Shown here piece after piece: positions 1 through 9,945 of a DNA stretch of 25,084 nucleotides. The stretch is from a virus. Taxonomy: Duplodnaviria; Heunggongvirae; Uroviricota; Caudoviricetes. The translations under genes and the position numbers were made by a program. Within the stretch, counting starts at the first letter, position 1. Every line of letters starts with the position of its first letter. The stretch is taken from the IMG/VR virus record IMGVR_UViG_2778261154_000008; one strand, given 5' to 3'. The notes below the pieces were generated by a model that did no database searches, had not been told where the DNA came from, and saw nothing but the letters and a program-made list of their open reading frames with translations.

Positions 1-868
1 GGGCATCAAAGTTTCCGTAGTCTGACGGTGTTACCCGTCCTGTAACGTTTACAGCTTTATTACTCTGGATACTGCCACTCTGAAAACGCAACACATGCAC
101 GCTATTGGCATAAACATCCAGCAGGCCATCACCATTCTGTTTAAATCCGGTGTCATTATCACCAAGAACAATTGAATTCCCCCCCAGGGCGTTCTGAACG
201 CCGATACCCAGCGCACCATTGACCTGCGAACCACCGCCAACAGACACTTTATGCGACATGGATATTTCACCCGTCCGCAGATTAATGGTGAACGGGCGCA
301 GGGGACCAATATCGCCATTCTCGCCCTGACCTTCACTGGTAGGGATAAGGTGCAGGCACTCTTCCGAACGACGAAAAATCAGGCCAAAAGCTTCGTTGAA
401 AATCCTCAGCGCATTAACACCACGGATTTTCAGCTCTCCTGTCATCGTGCCGCCTGATTGTTTTATGACTTTCAGTGCATCTGCAAAATCTGTTGCACTC
501 TCTTTGCCGAGAATACCGCGCACAAAAGCACTGAGCGGCGTTAATGCCATTGTGTCTTTGCCGGTAAAATACGGGAACATATTATTCTGACCGGTTAATC
601 CGGCAATAGCCCCGGCTGAACCACTGTTCGTAATAAACAGCTTTTTCAGCGCCGTCATAATCTGGTTGGTTGTGTTTTTATCCGGTTTGATATTTGCCTG
701 CCGGAGTATTTCCAGTAATTCAGACTGAATAATATTAAACCAGTCCGGCCCCGGATAGGTGGGCGGAATACCGTTCCCGCCTTCGGTGAAATAAAGCGTT
801 GTTTTGCTTAATTCTGCCGCGACAGGTGGCATTACCGGCACACCCGTCGGGTTATCCACATAAAACAT
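1..868 (-). CDS. Tail fibre protein, N-terminal part (Mu S / P2 H-like position); partial, continues past the window start
   Basis: ATG at 868 lies 3 nt after the upstream stop with GGAG upstream. My own translation (MFYVDNPTGVPVMPPVAAELSKTTLYFTEGG...GALGIGVQNALGG...) stays open to position 1. Gly/Asn/Ser-rich fibre-like composition; lower GC than neighbouring tail genes. Confidence 0.65.
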   Translation of the reverse strand, partial: MFYVDNPTGVPVMPPVAAELSKTTLYFTEGGNGIPPTYPGPDWFNIIQSELLEILRQANIKPDKNTTNQIMTALKKLFITNSGSAGAIAGLTGQNNMFPYFTGKDTMALTPLSAFVRGILGKESATDFADALKVIKQSGGTMTGELKIRGVNALRIFNEAFGLIFRRSEECLHLIPTSEGQGENGDIGPLRPFTINLRTGEISMSHKVSVGGGSQVNGALGIGVQNALGGNSIVLGDNDTGFKQNGDGLLDVYANSVHVLRFQSGSIQSNKAVNVTGRVTPSDYGNFDA

Positions 869-871
869 AAA

Positions 872-1456
872 TTATTCTCCGGTGTAATAATATTCATATT
901 CCGTGCCCGCCAGCCGGTAATGCTTCAGCAGGCATTCCAGCTCGCGGGTCCGTTCGCTGATTAATGGTGTCATGACGCCATCAATACAGGTAAACCGCCC
1001 GGCATCTTTACCCGGGACGTTCACTTTCAGCATCCAGCGATACCGCGCCGGATGCAGCGGATACATGCAGTCGCGCAGACAGTGGTGCGGCAGAACGGCT
1101 GTCACCTTAATGGTGAAGCCCAGCGCCGCTGCTGCGGCTTCAGTCTGCCAGGTTGCCAGCCCGCCCCTGCGACGGTATTTCTCCACCACGGCACGGCGGC
1201 GGGCTTCCCTGGTGGTGGGGGCAATTCCGCATTCCGGCAGCGCCAGATACTGCTCCCACTCCGGCAGCAGCCGGAGCGTGGTTTCCGGGCGCATCTCCAC
1301 ATGCAGACGCGAGGCGTCGTATTCAGTGCGGTTTAAACGTTCTGCAAGCGCCCTTAAAAAGCGGTTTAAATCCGCGTCGTTATCACGCGGCCATGCCTTA
1401 CCCCGTGGCATGACCTGTTGCAGTGCGGCCAGCCATTCCGTCACGCTGTGAGCCAT
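872..1456 (-). CDS. Tail/baseplate protein, Mu gp48 / P2 gpI-like (DUF2313-like)
   Basis: 194-aa ORF immediately downstream of the baseplate J-like gene, with overlapping start/stop; position and size fit Mu gp48. Family assignment from memory. Confidence 0.65.
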   Translation of the reverse strand: MAHSVTEWLAALQQVMPRGKAWPRDNDADLNRFLRALAERLNRTEYDASRLHVEMRPETTLRLLPEWEQYLALPECGIAPTTREARRRAVVEKYRRRGGLATWQTEAAAAALGFTIKVTAVLPHHCLRDCMYPLHPARYRWMLKVNVPGKDAGRFTCIDGVMTPLISERTRELECLLKHYRLAGTEYEYYYTGE

Positions 1457-2517
1457 GTCACCTCCCCGATGGTGATAAGCTCATCCACATCACTGGTGGT
1501 GTCCTCCCCGATGTTAAGGAAGTAATCCGTGATGCCGGACGTCATACCGATGGCCGTGCGCAGCGAGGACACCGGCAGCGTCTGACCGGGTGCCAGTGTC
1601 TTCTGTAACGCGGTCAGGTTTGCCCGGACGGCGCTCCTGTTCGCCAGGCTGTCCGGTGTCAGACGGATGGATATGCTGACTTTCTTCAGCCTGACCTGTA
1701 CCGGCCAGACCTCAATGCCGCCCGGTTTGCCCACCATCACGCCCGTGGCCGGGTGTTTGTGGCAGAACAGATACTGCTCCATTGTCTTCAGGTCTTCGCG
1801 GGTTGGCACGATGTTTTCCCGGTCATCATAAAGCCATGCCAGCCCGACCGTGCCGGGGCCGTGCCATGCATCCCACGCCCACGCGCGGCTGACGCCCGGC
1901 ACTTCACGCGCCCATATCACGTAGTCATGCAACGCGCCGCCTGTCGGTGGATTGCGGCGCACATACAGCAGACGGTCCAGCAGCGCTGCGATGGATTCAG
2001 TGTCTGCGCCACCGGTGATGCCACCTTCAGCCACCGCGCCTGTGCTGGCCGTTCCGGGCAGCGGGGACAGCAGGGTGAGTACGGCACCGGCAGCAAGATT
2101 GCCCGCCACACCGGCTTCTTCAGCCTGCACGATGACGGTGACCTCGCCGTCCTGCACCTCGCCGGACGTGAGTACCTGATACACCTGGTTCGTGTCGGAC
2201 TGCATCCGGGTTTCTGCCGGAAGGGGGGACTGACTGGTGAAGGTCACCCGCCCGCTGGCAAAGGTGGCCTGCTTGCGGATAACCCCTTCATACTTTGCTG
2301 TTTTGATAATGGTTTCATCATCAGACGTGGTGGACGGGATTATCTGGTCCTTAATCCAGCTCTGATGGTCGTATAAATCCCGGACCTGACTGCTGAATGA
2401 CACGTTCAGCGCCTGCTCAACACTGACAGGCGGCAGCTTTTGCAGGCCGAGTTCATACGCAATATCTTTTTCGCCGTCGGCAATCAGTTTGCCCAGCGTG
2501 GGGATTTCATACGGCAT
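1441..2517 (-). CDS. Baseplate J-like protein (Mu gp47)
   Basis: 358-aa ORF overlapping its upstream neighbour; size and position in the baseplate module. Confidence 0.75.
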   Translation of the reverse strand: MPYEIPTLGKLIADGEKDIAYELGLQKLPPVSVEQALNVSFSSQVRDLYDHQSWIKDQIIPSTTSDDETIIKTAKYEGVIRKQATFASGRVTFTSQSPLPAETRMQSDTNQVYQVLTSGEVQDGEVTVIVQAEEAGVAGNLAAGAVLTLLSPLPGTASTGAVAEGGITGGADTESIAALLDRLLYVRRNPPTGGALHDYVIWAREVPGVSRAWAWDAWHGPGTVGLAWLYDDRENIVPTREDLKTMEQYLFCHKHPATGVMVGKPGGIEVWPVQVRLKKVSISIRLTPDSLANRSAVRANLTALQKTLAPGQTLPVSSLRTAIGMTSGITDYFLNIGEDTTSDVDELITIGEVTWLTA

Positions 2518-2959
2518 TAATGGTGGCCTCCCATCGACGGGTGATTTCGATTCTGAGTGTGGTTTTGTCCGGGCGGGTTAACACCACCAGAAAGGCAATA
2601 CGGTCGGGAATGATGATGCTGGCCGTGACGGTGGCGTTACGGGCGTAACCGGCACGCAGAAGCGGCTGCATGGACAGCCGCGCGTAATCTTCCACGCGCA
2701 GGCGGACATCTTCCGTCAGCTTTTCACGCTCAAGCAGCCACAGGCGGGAACCCCACGAAAAATCGCTGTACGTGTCGCCCGGCCAGCCGCGCGGGTCGCC
2801 GGAGCCGTCAGGAATGACATCATCGTCATCAGCGCGGGCATCGGTGAAAAGGCAGATAAGAACCTGAGTGACCAGCCCCTCATCCCGTGAGAGGCCGTTA
2901 TGGGTGACGGTGATGTCACCCCGTGAGAGCATGTTATTCCAGCGGATTTCTGTCGTCAT
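2507..2959 (-). CDS. GP46-family baseplate protein (Mu gp46 / P2 gpW-like)
   Basis: 150-aa ORF between the spike-like and J-like genes, with ATGA-type coupling to its neighbours. Confidence 0.65.
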   Translation of the reverse strand: MTTEIRWNNMLSRGDITVTHNGLSRDEGLVTQVLICLFTDARADDDDVIPDGSGDPRGWPGDTYSDFSWGSRLWLLEREKLTEDVRLRVEDYARLSMQPLLRAGYARNATVTASIIIPDRIAFLVVLTRPDKTTLRIEITRRWEATINAV

Positions 2960-3492
2960 ACGGGCGGTGATGTCTTCTCATTGTCGCCGTCCTTATGAAT
3001 GTGTTCGCTGAATGATTTACCCTTGATTCTGACATCTTCAGTAAATTCACAGGGACCGACGAATTTCATTTGTTTACCGATAATATTCAGCAATTCGTCG
3101 GCGGTGAGATTTACCGTTTTCCCTGAAACGTCTACCTGTTCTCCTGTGATTTCAATGACGCCGTTTTCCTTCAGGGTGATGTGTGATTTGCCGTCCCGGT
3201 GATACACCCTGACATCGCCGGGGGACAGTCCTTTCGGGCGACATCGCTTGTCTTCCACCGCGATGGCAACCAGCCCGTCACGCCGTCCGCCAACGGCCAG
3301 CACAATGGCTTCAGAACCTTCCGGCGGAACGGACGTAAACCCGTAGTTCTGGAAGCGTTCCACGTCGTCATCGGTGGCATCTGCCAGCGTCTGAATTTGC
3401 AGGTTCTGCCGTGCCAGACCGTCAGACACCAGGCGGACAACAGCGCGGTCAACCATCAGTCGCAGGCGGCGGGCAATTGCGTTTAATCCCAT
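2956..3492 (-). CDS. Baseplate assembly protein V / central spike (Mu gp45-like)
   Basis: 178-aa ORF downstream of the Mu P-like gene; size and position typical of the gpV spike. Confidence 0.65.
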   Translation of the reverse strand: MGLNAIARRLRLMVDRAVVRLVSDGLARQNLQIQTLADATDDDVERFQNYGFTSVPPEGSEAIVLAVGGRRDGLVAIAVEDKRCRPKGLSPGDVRVYHRDGKSHITLKENGVIEITGEQVDVSGKTVNLTADELLNIIGKQMKFVGPCEFTEDVRIKGKSFSEHIHKDGDNEKTSPPV

Positions 3493-4553
3493 GTGGCCAC
3501 CGCCTTTGTTTTTTTCGTCTTCGCTTTCATTTCCGGCATGTCCAGTGATTCAGGCGGAACCAGCGCCAGAACCGTCATCCTCCCCTGTGCGCCATCCGTC
3601 CATGTCACCCCGGATATCAGCCAGGTGGTTTTCAGGTTCTGAATGCTGTCGTCGATATCGACAAGGCGGTTGGTCTGCCACAGCGGGCCGCTGTCGCCCT
3701 GTTCGCGCCAGCCTGCCACCGTGATTTCCGTCGTGCGGGACTCTCCCAGCATCCGGGCTTTGTACCATTCCCCGCGAATGCTGGCCCCGCCCACGGTCAG
3801 GCTGTCTTCATTGACCAGAATGCGCGGGCGGTAACGGTTAATTTCCGGGTCTTCGGTGATGTACTGGCGACCGCCCACCATCGGGGCAGGCTGGCTGTCC
3901 CACAGTTTGCCACCGGCACTGGTGGTGCCCTTGATGATGTACTGGCTGTTACGCTCCCGCCAGCTGAAGCGCCCACGGGCGGCGAGGATATTTTTTCCCA
4001 GCACCAGTGACACGCCCGCGCGAACGGAAGAGGCGCGGGTGATAATCAGGTTACCCGCGCCGTCAGACGTCAGCAGAACGCCGCGCTGTTTTGCCAGCCG
4101 GTCGAGCAGTTCAAAGCCCGTTTCACCCTGTTCCAGAACGACAGACGCAAATGCCTCCCCGGTCGGGGTTTCCGTGATGACGGTTATCCCGAACGGGCGG
4201 CAGACATCAGCCGCCACCTGTTCAAGCCGCACGCCTTTCCATTTCCCGGACGAATGCACCACAGAGCAGTCCACCAGGTCGCCGGTTTTATCGCGCCCCA
4301 TGACGCGAATCTCCACGTTTTCAGCGTCATAGCCGGGGATAAAATCATCGATATACCCCGTCAGCACGGTATCCGCGCCCAGCCTGACCGTGCAGGGTTG
4401 CCCCTCACGAATCACGCGCGGTGCCGCCGCTGACCAGCGGGTTGTCACACTGAGTTCAAACTCACCGGCAATCGCCTTCAGGGAACGGCTGACGGACATT
4501 TCCGTCCAGCCTTCCCACAGTTTGCCGTCAACGGTAAGAATCACGGATTCCAT
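3483..4553 (-). CDS. Tail protein, Mu P (gp44) / P2 gpD-like
   Basis: 356-aa ORF whose start overlaps the stop of the DNA circulation gene; synteny with Mu N-P-Q-V-W-R-S. Confidence 0.7.
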   Translation of the reverse strand: MESVILTVDGKLWEGWTEMSVSRSLKAIAGEFELSVTTRWSAAAPRVIREGQPCTVRLGADTVLTGYIDDFIPGYDAENVEIRVMGRDKTGDLVDCSVVHSSGKWKGVRLEQVAADVCRPFGITVITETPTGEAFASVVLEQGETGFELLDRLAKQRGVLLTSDGAGNLIITRASSVRAGVSLVLGKNILAARGRFSWRERNSQYIIKGTTSAGGKLWDSQPAPMVGGRQYITEDPEINRYRPRILVNEDSLTVGGASIRGEWYKARMLGESRTTEITVAGWREQGDSGPLWQTNRLVDIDDSIQNLKTTWLISGVTWTDGAQGRMTVLALVPPESLDMPEMKAKTKKTKAVATWD

Positions 4554-5827
4554 CAGTCGGTGATCTCCACAGGTTGCGTCGGCAGGATGAATGACGGATG
4601 ACGCAGGCGGTTACGCTGCACGATTTCATCCCGTCGGCGTGTGTCACCATGCTCGCGCCATGCCAGCAATGCGGCAGAGGTGGTTGTGGTCAGCGTCACC
4701 TGCCGGGTTTCCGGCAGACGGGCGGCACGCTCGCGGGCATCCGTAATCACGGCCTGCCGTAAATCGCGCAGCGTTCGCCACAATGTCCGCTGGTTGTTTT
4801 CCACCGCCGCCACCGCCTGCTCATGCAGTTCAGCCGCCAGCGTGTCACCGGCAGATAACGCCGCATCACGGGTATCGAACGTCATCGAGGCCACGGCACT
4901 GGCCTGTCCCAGCAGGGCTCCCAGCACAACCACCTGGCGGAAGTCGTCAATGTTCTTTTGCAGGCTGTCAGATACCGGCTGATAATCCGGTGACAGCCCG
5001 ATGGCAAAGCCGGGGTTGCCGTCTGCCACGCTGCCGGGCTTCACGGTGATATCTTCCGGCAGTGCGCCGGTGGCAATCTGCCTGGCACGTTCTCCGGCCC
5101 ACTGGTTGCGTAATGTCGTGTAAACCGCCAGTGCTTCGGGTGGTTCCGTCACAAGGCCCGCAATATCTTCCACCCGTGCTGACAGCTCACTGACCAGACG
5201 CCCCGGTGTGGCAATGAGGGTTCCGGCCATCGCCTTAAAATGCTTCAGCCTGTCCATCCACTGATTCAGTGCTGCCGGTAACGTGGGCAGGTTAGCCACA
5301 AGGTTTTCCATATCGGCCAGAAAACTGTCGGCCATGTCACCCAGCCCGTCGAGTGCGCCGAACCAGTCGCCATCGTCAATGGCGGCTTTCACCGCATCAA
5401 TGCCTGTCAGCACTTCCTGCTGCGTGTTATCCGCCGCAGACGGGAACAGGCGCTCGCCTGCCTCAAACACTTCAAAGGTGACATACGCAATGCCGTCTTC
5501 CTCCGTGCTGAGGCGATGGGTGACCTTGCCAACCTGTACGGTCTGTATCCCGAACCACGGGTGGACAAGCTCGCCGGGGCCGGGGGTATTGAGCGCATCT
5601 AAAAGGGCGTTTAAATCATCCCGGAAGTTTTTACCTGGCAGCTTTGCGTTAATCTGCTGTTGCCCCGGAACGGCCCCGTTATCATCCGTCCAGGCGGTTT
5701 CACGCCGGGGATAAGCACGGGGAATGGCACGACGACCACCGGTGCCCTCCGTATCCACCAGAAAGAAGGGGACGCCACGAAACGAGGCGTCGCGCAGCCC
5801 GTCCCATTTACCGTTGCTCGTTGTCAT
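4553..5827 (-). CDS. DNA circulation protein (Mu N / gp43-like)
   Basis: 424-aa ORF directly downstream of the tape measure gene; N-terminus (MTTSNGKWDGLRDASFRGVPFF...) resembles the DNA-circulation N-terminal domain as I recall it. Confidence 0.7.
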   Translation of the reverse strand: MTTSNGKWDGLRDASFRGVPFFLVDTEGTGGRRAIPRAYPRRETAWTDDNGAVPGQQQINAKLPGKNFRDDLNALLDALNTPGPGELVHPWFGIQTVQVGKVTHRLSTEEDGIAYVTFEVFEAGERLFPSAADNTQQEVLTGIDAVKAAIDDGDWFGALDGLGDMADSFLADMENLVANLPTLPAALNQWMDRLKHFKAMAGTLIATPGRLVSELSARVEDIAGLVTEPPEALAVYTTLRNQWAGERARQIATGALPEDITVKPGSVADGNPGFAIGLSPDYQPVSDSLQKNIDDFRQVVVLGALLGQASAVASMTFDTRDAALSAGDTLAAELHEQAVAAVENNQRTLWRTLRDLRQAVITDARERAARLPETRQVTLTTTTSAALLAWREHGDTRRRDEIVQRNRLRHPSFILPTQPVEITD

Positions 5828-7620
5828 TAACCCTGCTCCACGCTGGTGACGCCAGCCTGCGCACTGAGTCTGACGCCGGGTTGATCCACTCTGACGCTTT
5901 TCACGCGGGCATCACCTTCCACCACCACACGGATTTCCCCCTGCAATTGTTGCGGAAGGAAAGGATAATTCTGAGTGGGTTGCATACCAGCCCACGGTCG
6001 CGGGTCGGCAATATTCTTTTTTTCCAGAGAGTTAAACCAGTTCCTGATATCCGTCCATACCGTCGGGCGGTTGTTGTTTTCCTGAACCCGTGCGATTAAC
6101 GCATCTGCTTCCTCTTTGTTCTTAGGGAAAGCAGAGAGCACCATGTCAAGGAGATTAAATCCTGATGCAGTTTGTGGTGTAACCAGCGCTGGCGTCTTTG
6201 GCCCACGTGGGTTGCGGGAGTTACGGGGATTGCGCGATGAATCCGGCGCATCCGGCAGACCGCCGGTATTACCCTTCATCCCGCCACTGCCCATATTGAC
6301 CACATAAACCGGCATCACACCGGAGCCGAAAACATCCGTAATGCTGCCGGGTATCCCTTTGCCTTTCCCTTTGGGATTCATGATGTCGTGGATGGTTTTA
6401 CCGAACTGATACGTCTTTCTGATGGCGATAATGCCGCCCAGCGCGATCGCCATATATTTACCGACCTGCAACCAGTTCTGGGCAGTGTTCTGGTCCACGC
6501 TGTTGAGCGCATCCGCCAGGTCCTGAACGGGCTTTGCCAGTTGCCCTTCAGCAAAACGTTGCCATTCGTTATTCAGTGACTGTATTGCGGCATTAAAGCC
6601 TTCGGCATTGGTCTGTGCGGCCTTTTGCGTGGAACCCAGCTCAATCGTGCCGTAAATCATTTGTTCCATCAGTTGCCGGTTTTCAGGGTTAAGCAGCGCC
6701 TTAATCCCCTGCATTCCGGTCAGATCAAACACATCCTGAAGTTTCAGCGGGTCGTATTTGGCCCGTTTAAGGATTTCCATCATCAGCTCATAGGGCTTTT
6801 TGATGTCTTTTGTGCCTTTGACAAAAACGTCAATGCCGTTTTTTTTCAGGAACTCGATGTTCTTTTTGTCCGACAGGGAAGCATACATGGCCTGAATACT
6901 GGTTACCGTCTCATCAATGCTGCCTTTGTTTTTGGCGAACACCTGAGCAAATGCCCCCATCTGGGCAATGGCTTCCGGTCCCTGATCCTGAATGATGGAA
7001 AACAGTTTCGGGGCAGCGCGGGCAACATCGGCAACGCTTACAGACCCCACTGCGAACTGCGAATACAGCCTGTCCATCATGTTATTGACCGCATCAGCAC
7101 CCCGGACGTTTTTTTCCCAGAACTGGGCCATCAGCCCGGCTGCAACCTGTCCGTCAACACCGAACGCCTGCATCATCAACCCCATGTTGCGGAGGTTGTC
7201 CACCACATACTGATAATCACCGGTTTTCCCCAGAAGTTCGCTGGCCCCCTGACCAAGCGCAGAAGCATCAATACGAATATCTTTCTGGTTCGATACATCC
7301 CTGATTTTGTCGTGAAGCGTCTTTACCTGTTCAGTGGTTAACTGGGCATCCGTACCCATCCGGCGCATCTGCGCATCAAAATCGGCAACCTGTTTGATGG
7401 TAAGACTACTGCCAAGCCCGGCTATCATTGCCGTGTAGCGGTTACCAAGCGTATCAAGGCCGCGTCCTGCGGCCTCCGTTGTGGCTTTGACAAGGCGCAT
7501 GGCCTTCTGGTTGTTCCGGGCGAACTGCGACATGTTTGCGCCGTACTGCCGGGCTTTGGCGGTCAGGTTCCCGGCAAGGTTGATCATGATTTCCGTGCTG
7601 AGACGGTTACCTGTTGCCAT
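5827..7620 (-). CDS. Tail tape measure protein
   Basis: 597-aa ORF, largely helical-looking with a Gly/Pro/Asn-rich C-terminal tract; sits between the chaperone and DNA circulation genes. Confidence 0.8.
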   Translation of the reverse strand: MATGNRLSTEIMINLAGNLTAKARQYGANMSQFARNNQKAMRLVKATTEAAGRGLDTLGNRYTAMIAGLGSSLTIKQVADFDAQMRRMGTDAQLTTEQVKTLHDKIRDVSNQKDIRIDASALGQGASELLGKTGDYQYVVDNLRNMGLMMQAFGVDGQVAAGLMAQFWEKNVRGADAVNNMMDRLYSQFAVGSVSVADVARAAPKLFSIIQDQGPEAIAQMGAFAQVFAKNKGSIDETVTSIQAMYASLSDKKNIEFLKKNGIDVFVKGTKDIKKPYELMMEILKRAKYDPLKLQDVFDLTGMQGIKALLNPENRQLMEQMIYGTIELGSTQKAAQTNAEGFNAAIQSLNNEWQRFAEGQLAKPVQDLADALNSVDQNTAQNWLQVGKYMAIALGGIIAIRKTYQFGKTIHDIMNPKGKGKGIPGSITDVFGSGVMPVYVVNMGSGGMKGNTGGLPDAPDSSRNPRNSRNPRGPKTPALVTPQTASGFNLLDMVLSAFPKNKEEADALIARVQENNNRPTVWTDIRNWFNSLEKKNIADPRPWAGMQPTQNYPFLPQQLQGEIRVVVEGDARVKSVRVDQPGVRLSAQAGVTSVEQG

Positions 7621-7816
7621 GCTGTTTCTCCAGTTGCTTTATCAGGCGGAACAGCTGCCGCAGGGGCAGCTGTTCCAGGTACTGAATGCTGAATCGCGAA
7701 GACAGGTTAACCAGCAGGTTCATCAGTGCCGACGCCAGCGGCATCAGTTCGCCCCCGCGTTGCCACCTCCTCAAGCATGTCATCCAGCACAGCCGCTTTC
7801 GTGCTGATAAGCTCAA
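7607..7816 (-). CDS. Probable frameshift extension of the tail assembly chaperone (G/GT-like arrangement)
   Basis: Frame open from 7816 to 7607, overlapping the chaperone 3' end by 110 nt and the tape measure start by 14 nt. The listed start is TTG with no convincing RBS. This frame is +1 (equivalently -2) relative to the chaperone frame. Confidence 0.4.
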   Translation of the reverse strand: MSLSARKRLCWMTCLRRWQRGGELMPLASALMNLLVNLSSRFSIQYLEQLPLRQLFRLIKQLEKQHGNR

Positions 7817-8102
7817 GGTCTGCCGGGTGGAGCATTCGCAGCTGTTTCATGTCCAGCGGGCCGGGGATATTACCGATTGACGCAACCTGACGGCGCATCA
7901 TCTCCAGTCCCATCAGCACCTCAGAACAGTAGGCCACCGCCTTTCCGTTCCCGCCCATGACGACGCGTTCTGCGGCCAGTTGCGCATCAATCACATCACT
8001 GGCGGTCAGTTCGCGCAGTTTCACGGTTTTATGCAGGGTTTCATCTGCCGTGCCTTTGCCGGTCAGAAGCCCGTGTTTCAGTTCAAATTCCATTGCGGCC
8101 AT
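7707..8102 (-). CDS. Tail assembly chaperone (Mu gp41-like)
   Basis: 131-aa acidic ORF between tube and tape measure genes; its 3' end is overlapped by a second open frame (7607-7816). Confidence 0.55.
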   Translation of the reverse strand: MAAMEFELKHGLLTGKGTADETLHKTVKLRELTASDVIDAQLAAERVVMGGNGKAVAYCSEVLMGLEMMRRQVASIGNIPGPLDMKQLRMLHPADLELISTKAAVLDDMLEEVATRGRTDAAGVGTDEPAG

Positions 8103-8103
8103 G

Positions 8104-8460
8104 TCACACCTTCACGCATTTTTCACCGATAAAGTTGGCACTGATGGTGCCGGAATCCTCGTCCAGCTCTGCCGGGTTATCCGTGGCGGAACCCGTCATC
8201 ATGTAGTTCAGGCCGTTGTCGCCGTAGAACATCACCGTGACATCTTCCCAGCTGCTGATTTCAATCACGTCCATATCCGCTGCCGCCGCAATGGTTACCT
8301 TGATGGACGGCGAGGCCATCTTGCTGGAGATACCCCAGACCTTGCCGCCGCCCATATGCTGGGTGCGGCTGAAGCCGCCCGGATTCAGCGTGGATTTCCC
8401 CTCGGTTTTAATTTCGCGGCCATTCACGCGAATGGTCGCCATACCAAGAATTTTTGCCAT
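8104..8460 (-). CDS. Tail tube protein (Mu M-like)
   Basis: 118-aa ORF immediately downstream of the sheath gene. Confidence 0.75.
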   Translation of the reverse strand: MAKILGMATIRVNGREIKTEGKSTLNPGGFSRTQHMGGGKVWGISSKMASPSIKVTIAAAADMDVIEISSWEDVTVMFYGDNGLNYMMTGSATDNPAELDEDSGTISANFIGEKCVKV

Positions 8461-8469
8461 GTGGCCCCC

Positions 8470-9945
8470 TTAAAGCTTGAACTGAATCAGGCCTGCCAGC
8501 ACACGCAGCTGGTTCACCAGATTCGGGTGGCAGATAAAGTTCAGGCGGTTTTTATCACTGCTGTCACGTGTCACCTGAAGCGTGTCTTTGTAATCGCTGA
8601 AGTTCTCCACAAGGCCCGCCGGGAGAAGTTCGGTCTGGCAGATATCCAGCAGTTCTGCGGTGCACAGCTTCGGCGTCATCACCGGCTGCCCCGCATCCAG
8701 CGAGTCCAGCACGTCATCATCCGCCAGCTTGTGGCGCGGATAACGGTTCGTGAAACGGTTCTTGATGATGTAACGGATACGGCCCAGCGTGGCGGGTGAC
8801 TGCACATCCAGGTACGACACATCCGCATCACCGTACTGGTTAACCCGGTACATGGTGATTTCGCGCTCGATGCAGACGTTATCCCCGGCGTCCACCATGT
8901 GCGTGGCAATGCCGTCATGCAGCAGCAGATTACGCTCCGGCATATCCCAGCGAACATTACGCGCAGGCGGCAGAATGCCGGTCAGGACCAGCGTCTGAAG
9001 CGGTCGCGCCGGGTCAATGGCAAGGTGATACGCTGCCGTTGCGCCGTATGACGCGGCCCACATCCACGCCGGGTGCGGTGACAGGTTGGTGCCGATACAG
9101 CTAATCAGCCAGTCATTGCGGGTTTCACCAAACGTGCCGGTTTCCCCGTGTGTGCCACGAAACGCCGTCCACAGCTGCGCTTCCATCATTTTGAGCGGCC
9201 CCCAGCGGTTCAGCAGTTCATCACGCAGGGTGTTCAGGCTTTTCGTGTCGGTGAACGGGGCGATGATATCGGTAAACCACTCCGGGCCGATGGCCGCAAC
9301 GGCGTCTGCCATTTCCGGTGTCCCGGTGCCGCCGGTAAACGCGGTTGCGGTCACCTTCACACCTGCCGGGAAGGCTTCACCGGTGTGGTAGTTCAGGCGA
9401 ACGTCGGCACCGTTGCCGGTGACGCCGTGCCAGTTCACGGTCAGCTCCACGGTATCCGTGGCATCATCCTTCACCGCAGCGGCCACCTGCGTGGCAGGCT
9501 TTTTCGTCACCGCATCAGCAATGGCTTTTGCAATGTTTTCCTTCGTATCCCCGGCGCTCACGCTCACCTGAACGGACACACCGTTAATCAGCAGTGCCAC
9601 CGTTCCGGCTTCGGTCGCTGTACCCAGCACGGTCAGCGTGGCTTTTGCGGCAGCGCCTTCAGGAGCGGCAACCGGCATCGCCCAGGTTTCCGTGTACGTG
9701 TTGGCACGACGCAGCATTTTGAGCATTTCAGCCAGCATCGACCCTTTGCCATAAAGCTGGTCTGCCTGGCTGTCACTGGTGATGCGGGTCAGTGACAGGG
9801 CGTCTGCGCTGCCGGACGATACCGCATGGCCCATGACCAGAATTTTTCGGCTTTGCGCGGATGCACCCTCCAGCGCCTGTGAATTGTCGATATCGATCCA
9901 GACAAGCGGGACGCGGATATCATCAGGAATGGAACCCAGCGACAT
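8470..9945 (-). CDS. Contractile tail sheath protein (Mu L-like)
   Basis: 491-aa ORF with the size and composition of a sheath protein, followed by the tube gene. Confidence 0.85.
   Translation of the reverse strand: MSLGSIPDDIRVPLVWIDIDNSQALEGASAQSRKILVMGHAVSSGSADALSLTRITSDSQADQLYGKGSMLAEMLKMLRRANTYTETWAMPVAAPEGAAAKATLTVLGTATEAGTVALLINGVSVQVSVSAGDTKENIAKAIADAVTKKPATQVAAAVKDDATDTVELTVNWHGVTGNGADVRLNYHTGEAFPAGVKVTATAFTGGTGTPEMADAVAAIGPEWFTDIIAPFTDTKSLNTLRDELLNRWGPLKMMEAQLWTAFRGTHGETGTFGETRNDWLISCIGTNLSPHPAWMWAASYGATAAYHLAIDPARPLQTLVLTGILPPARNVRWDMPERNLLLHDGIATHMVDAGDNVCIEREITMYRVNQYGDADVSYLDVQSPATLGRIRYIIKNRFTNRYPRHKLADDDVLDSLDAGQPVMTPKLCTAELLDICQTELLPAGLVENFSDYKDTLQVTRDSSDKNRLNFICHPNLVNQLRVLAGLIQFKL

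Noticed and set aside
49-336. 95-aa minus-strand ORF near the window start
   Set aside because: It lies in a different frame inside the region where the tail fibre frame (from ATG 868) is open to position 1, so it is most likely an overlapping spurious frame.
6625-7341. 238-aa plus-strand ORF inside the tape measure gene
   Set aside because: Antisense to the tape measure gene; His/Phe/Leu-rich junk-like composition; no supporting start context.
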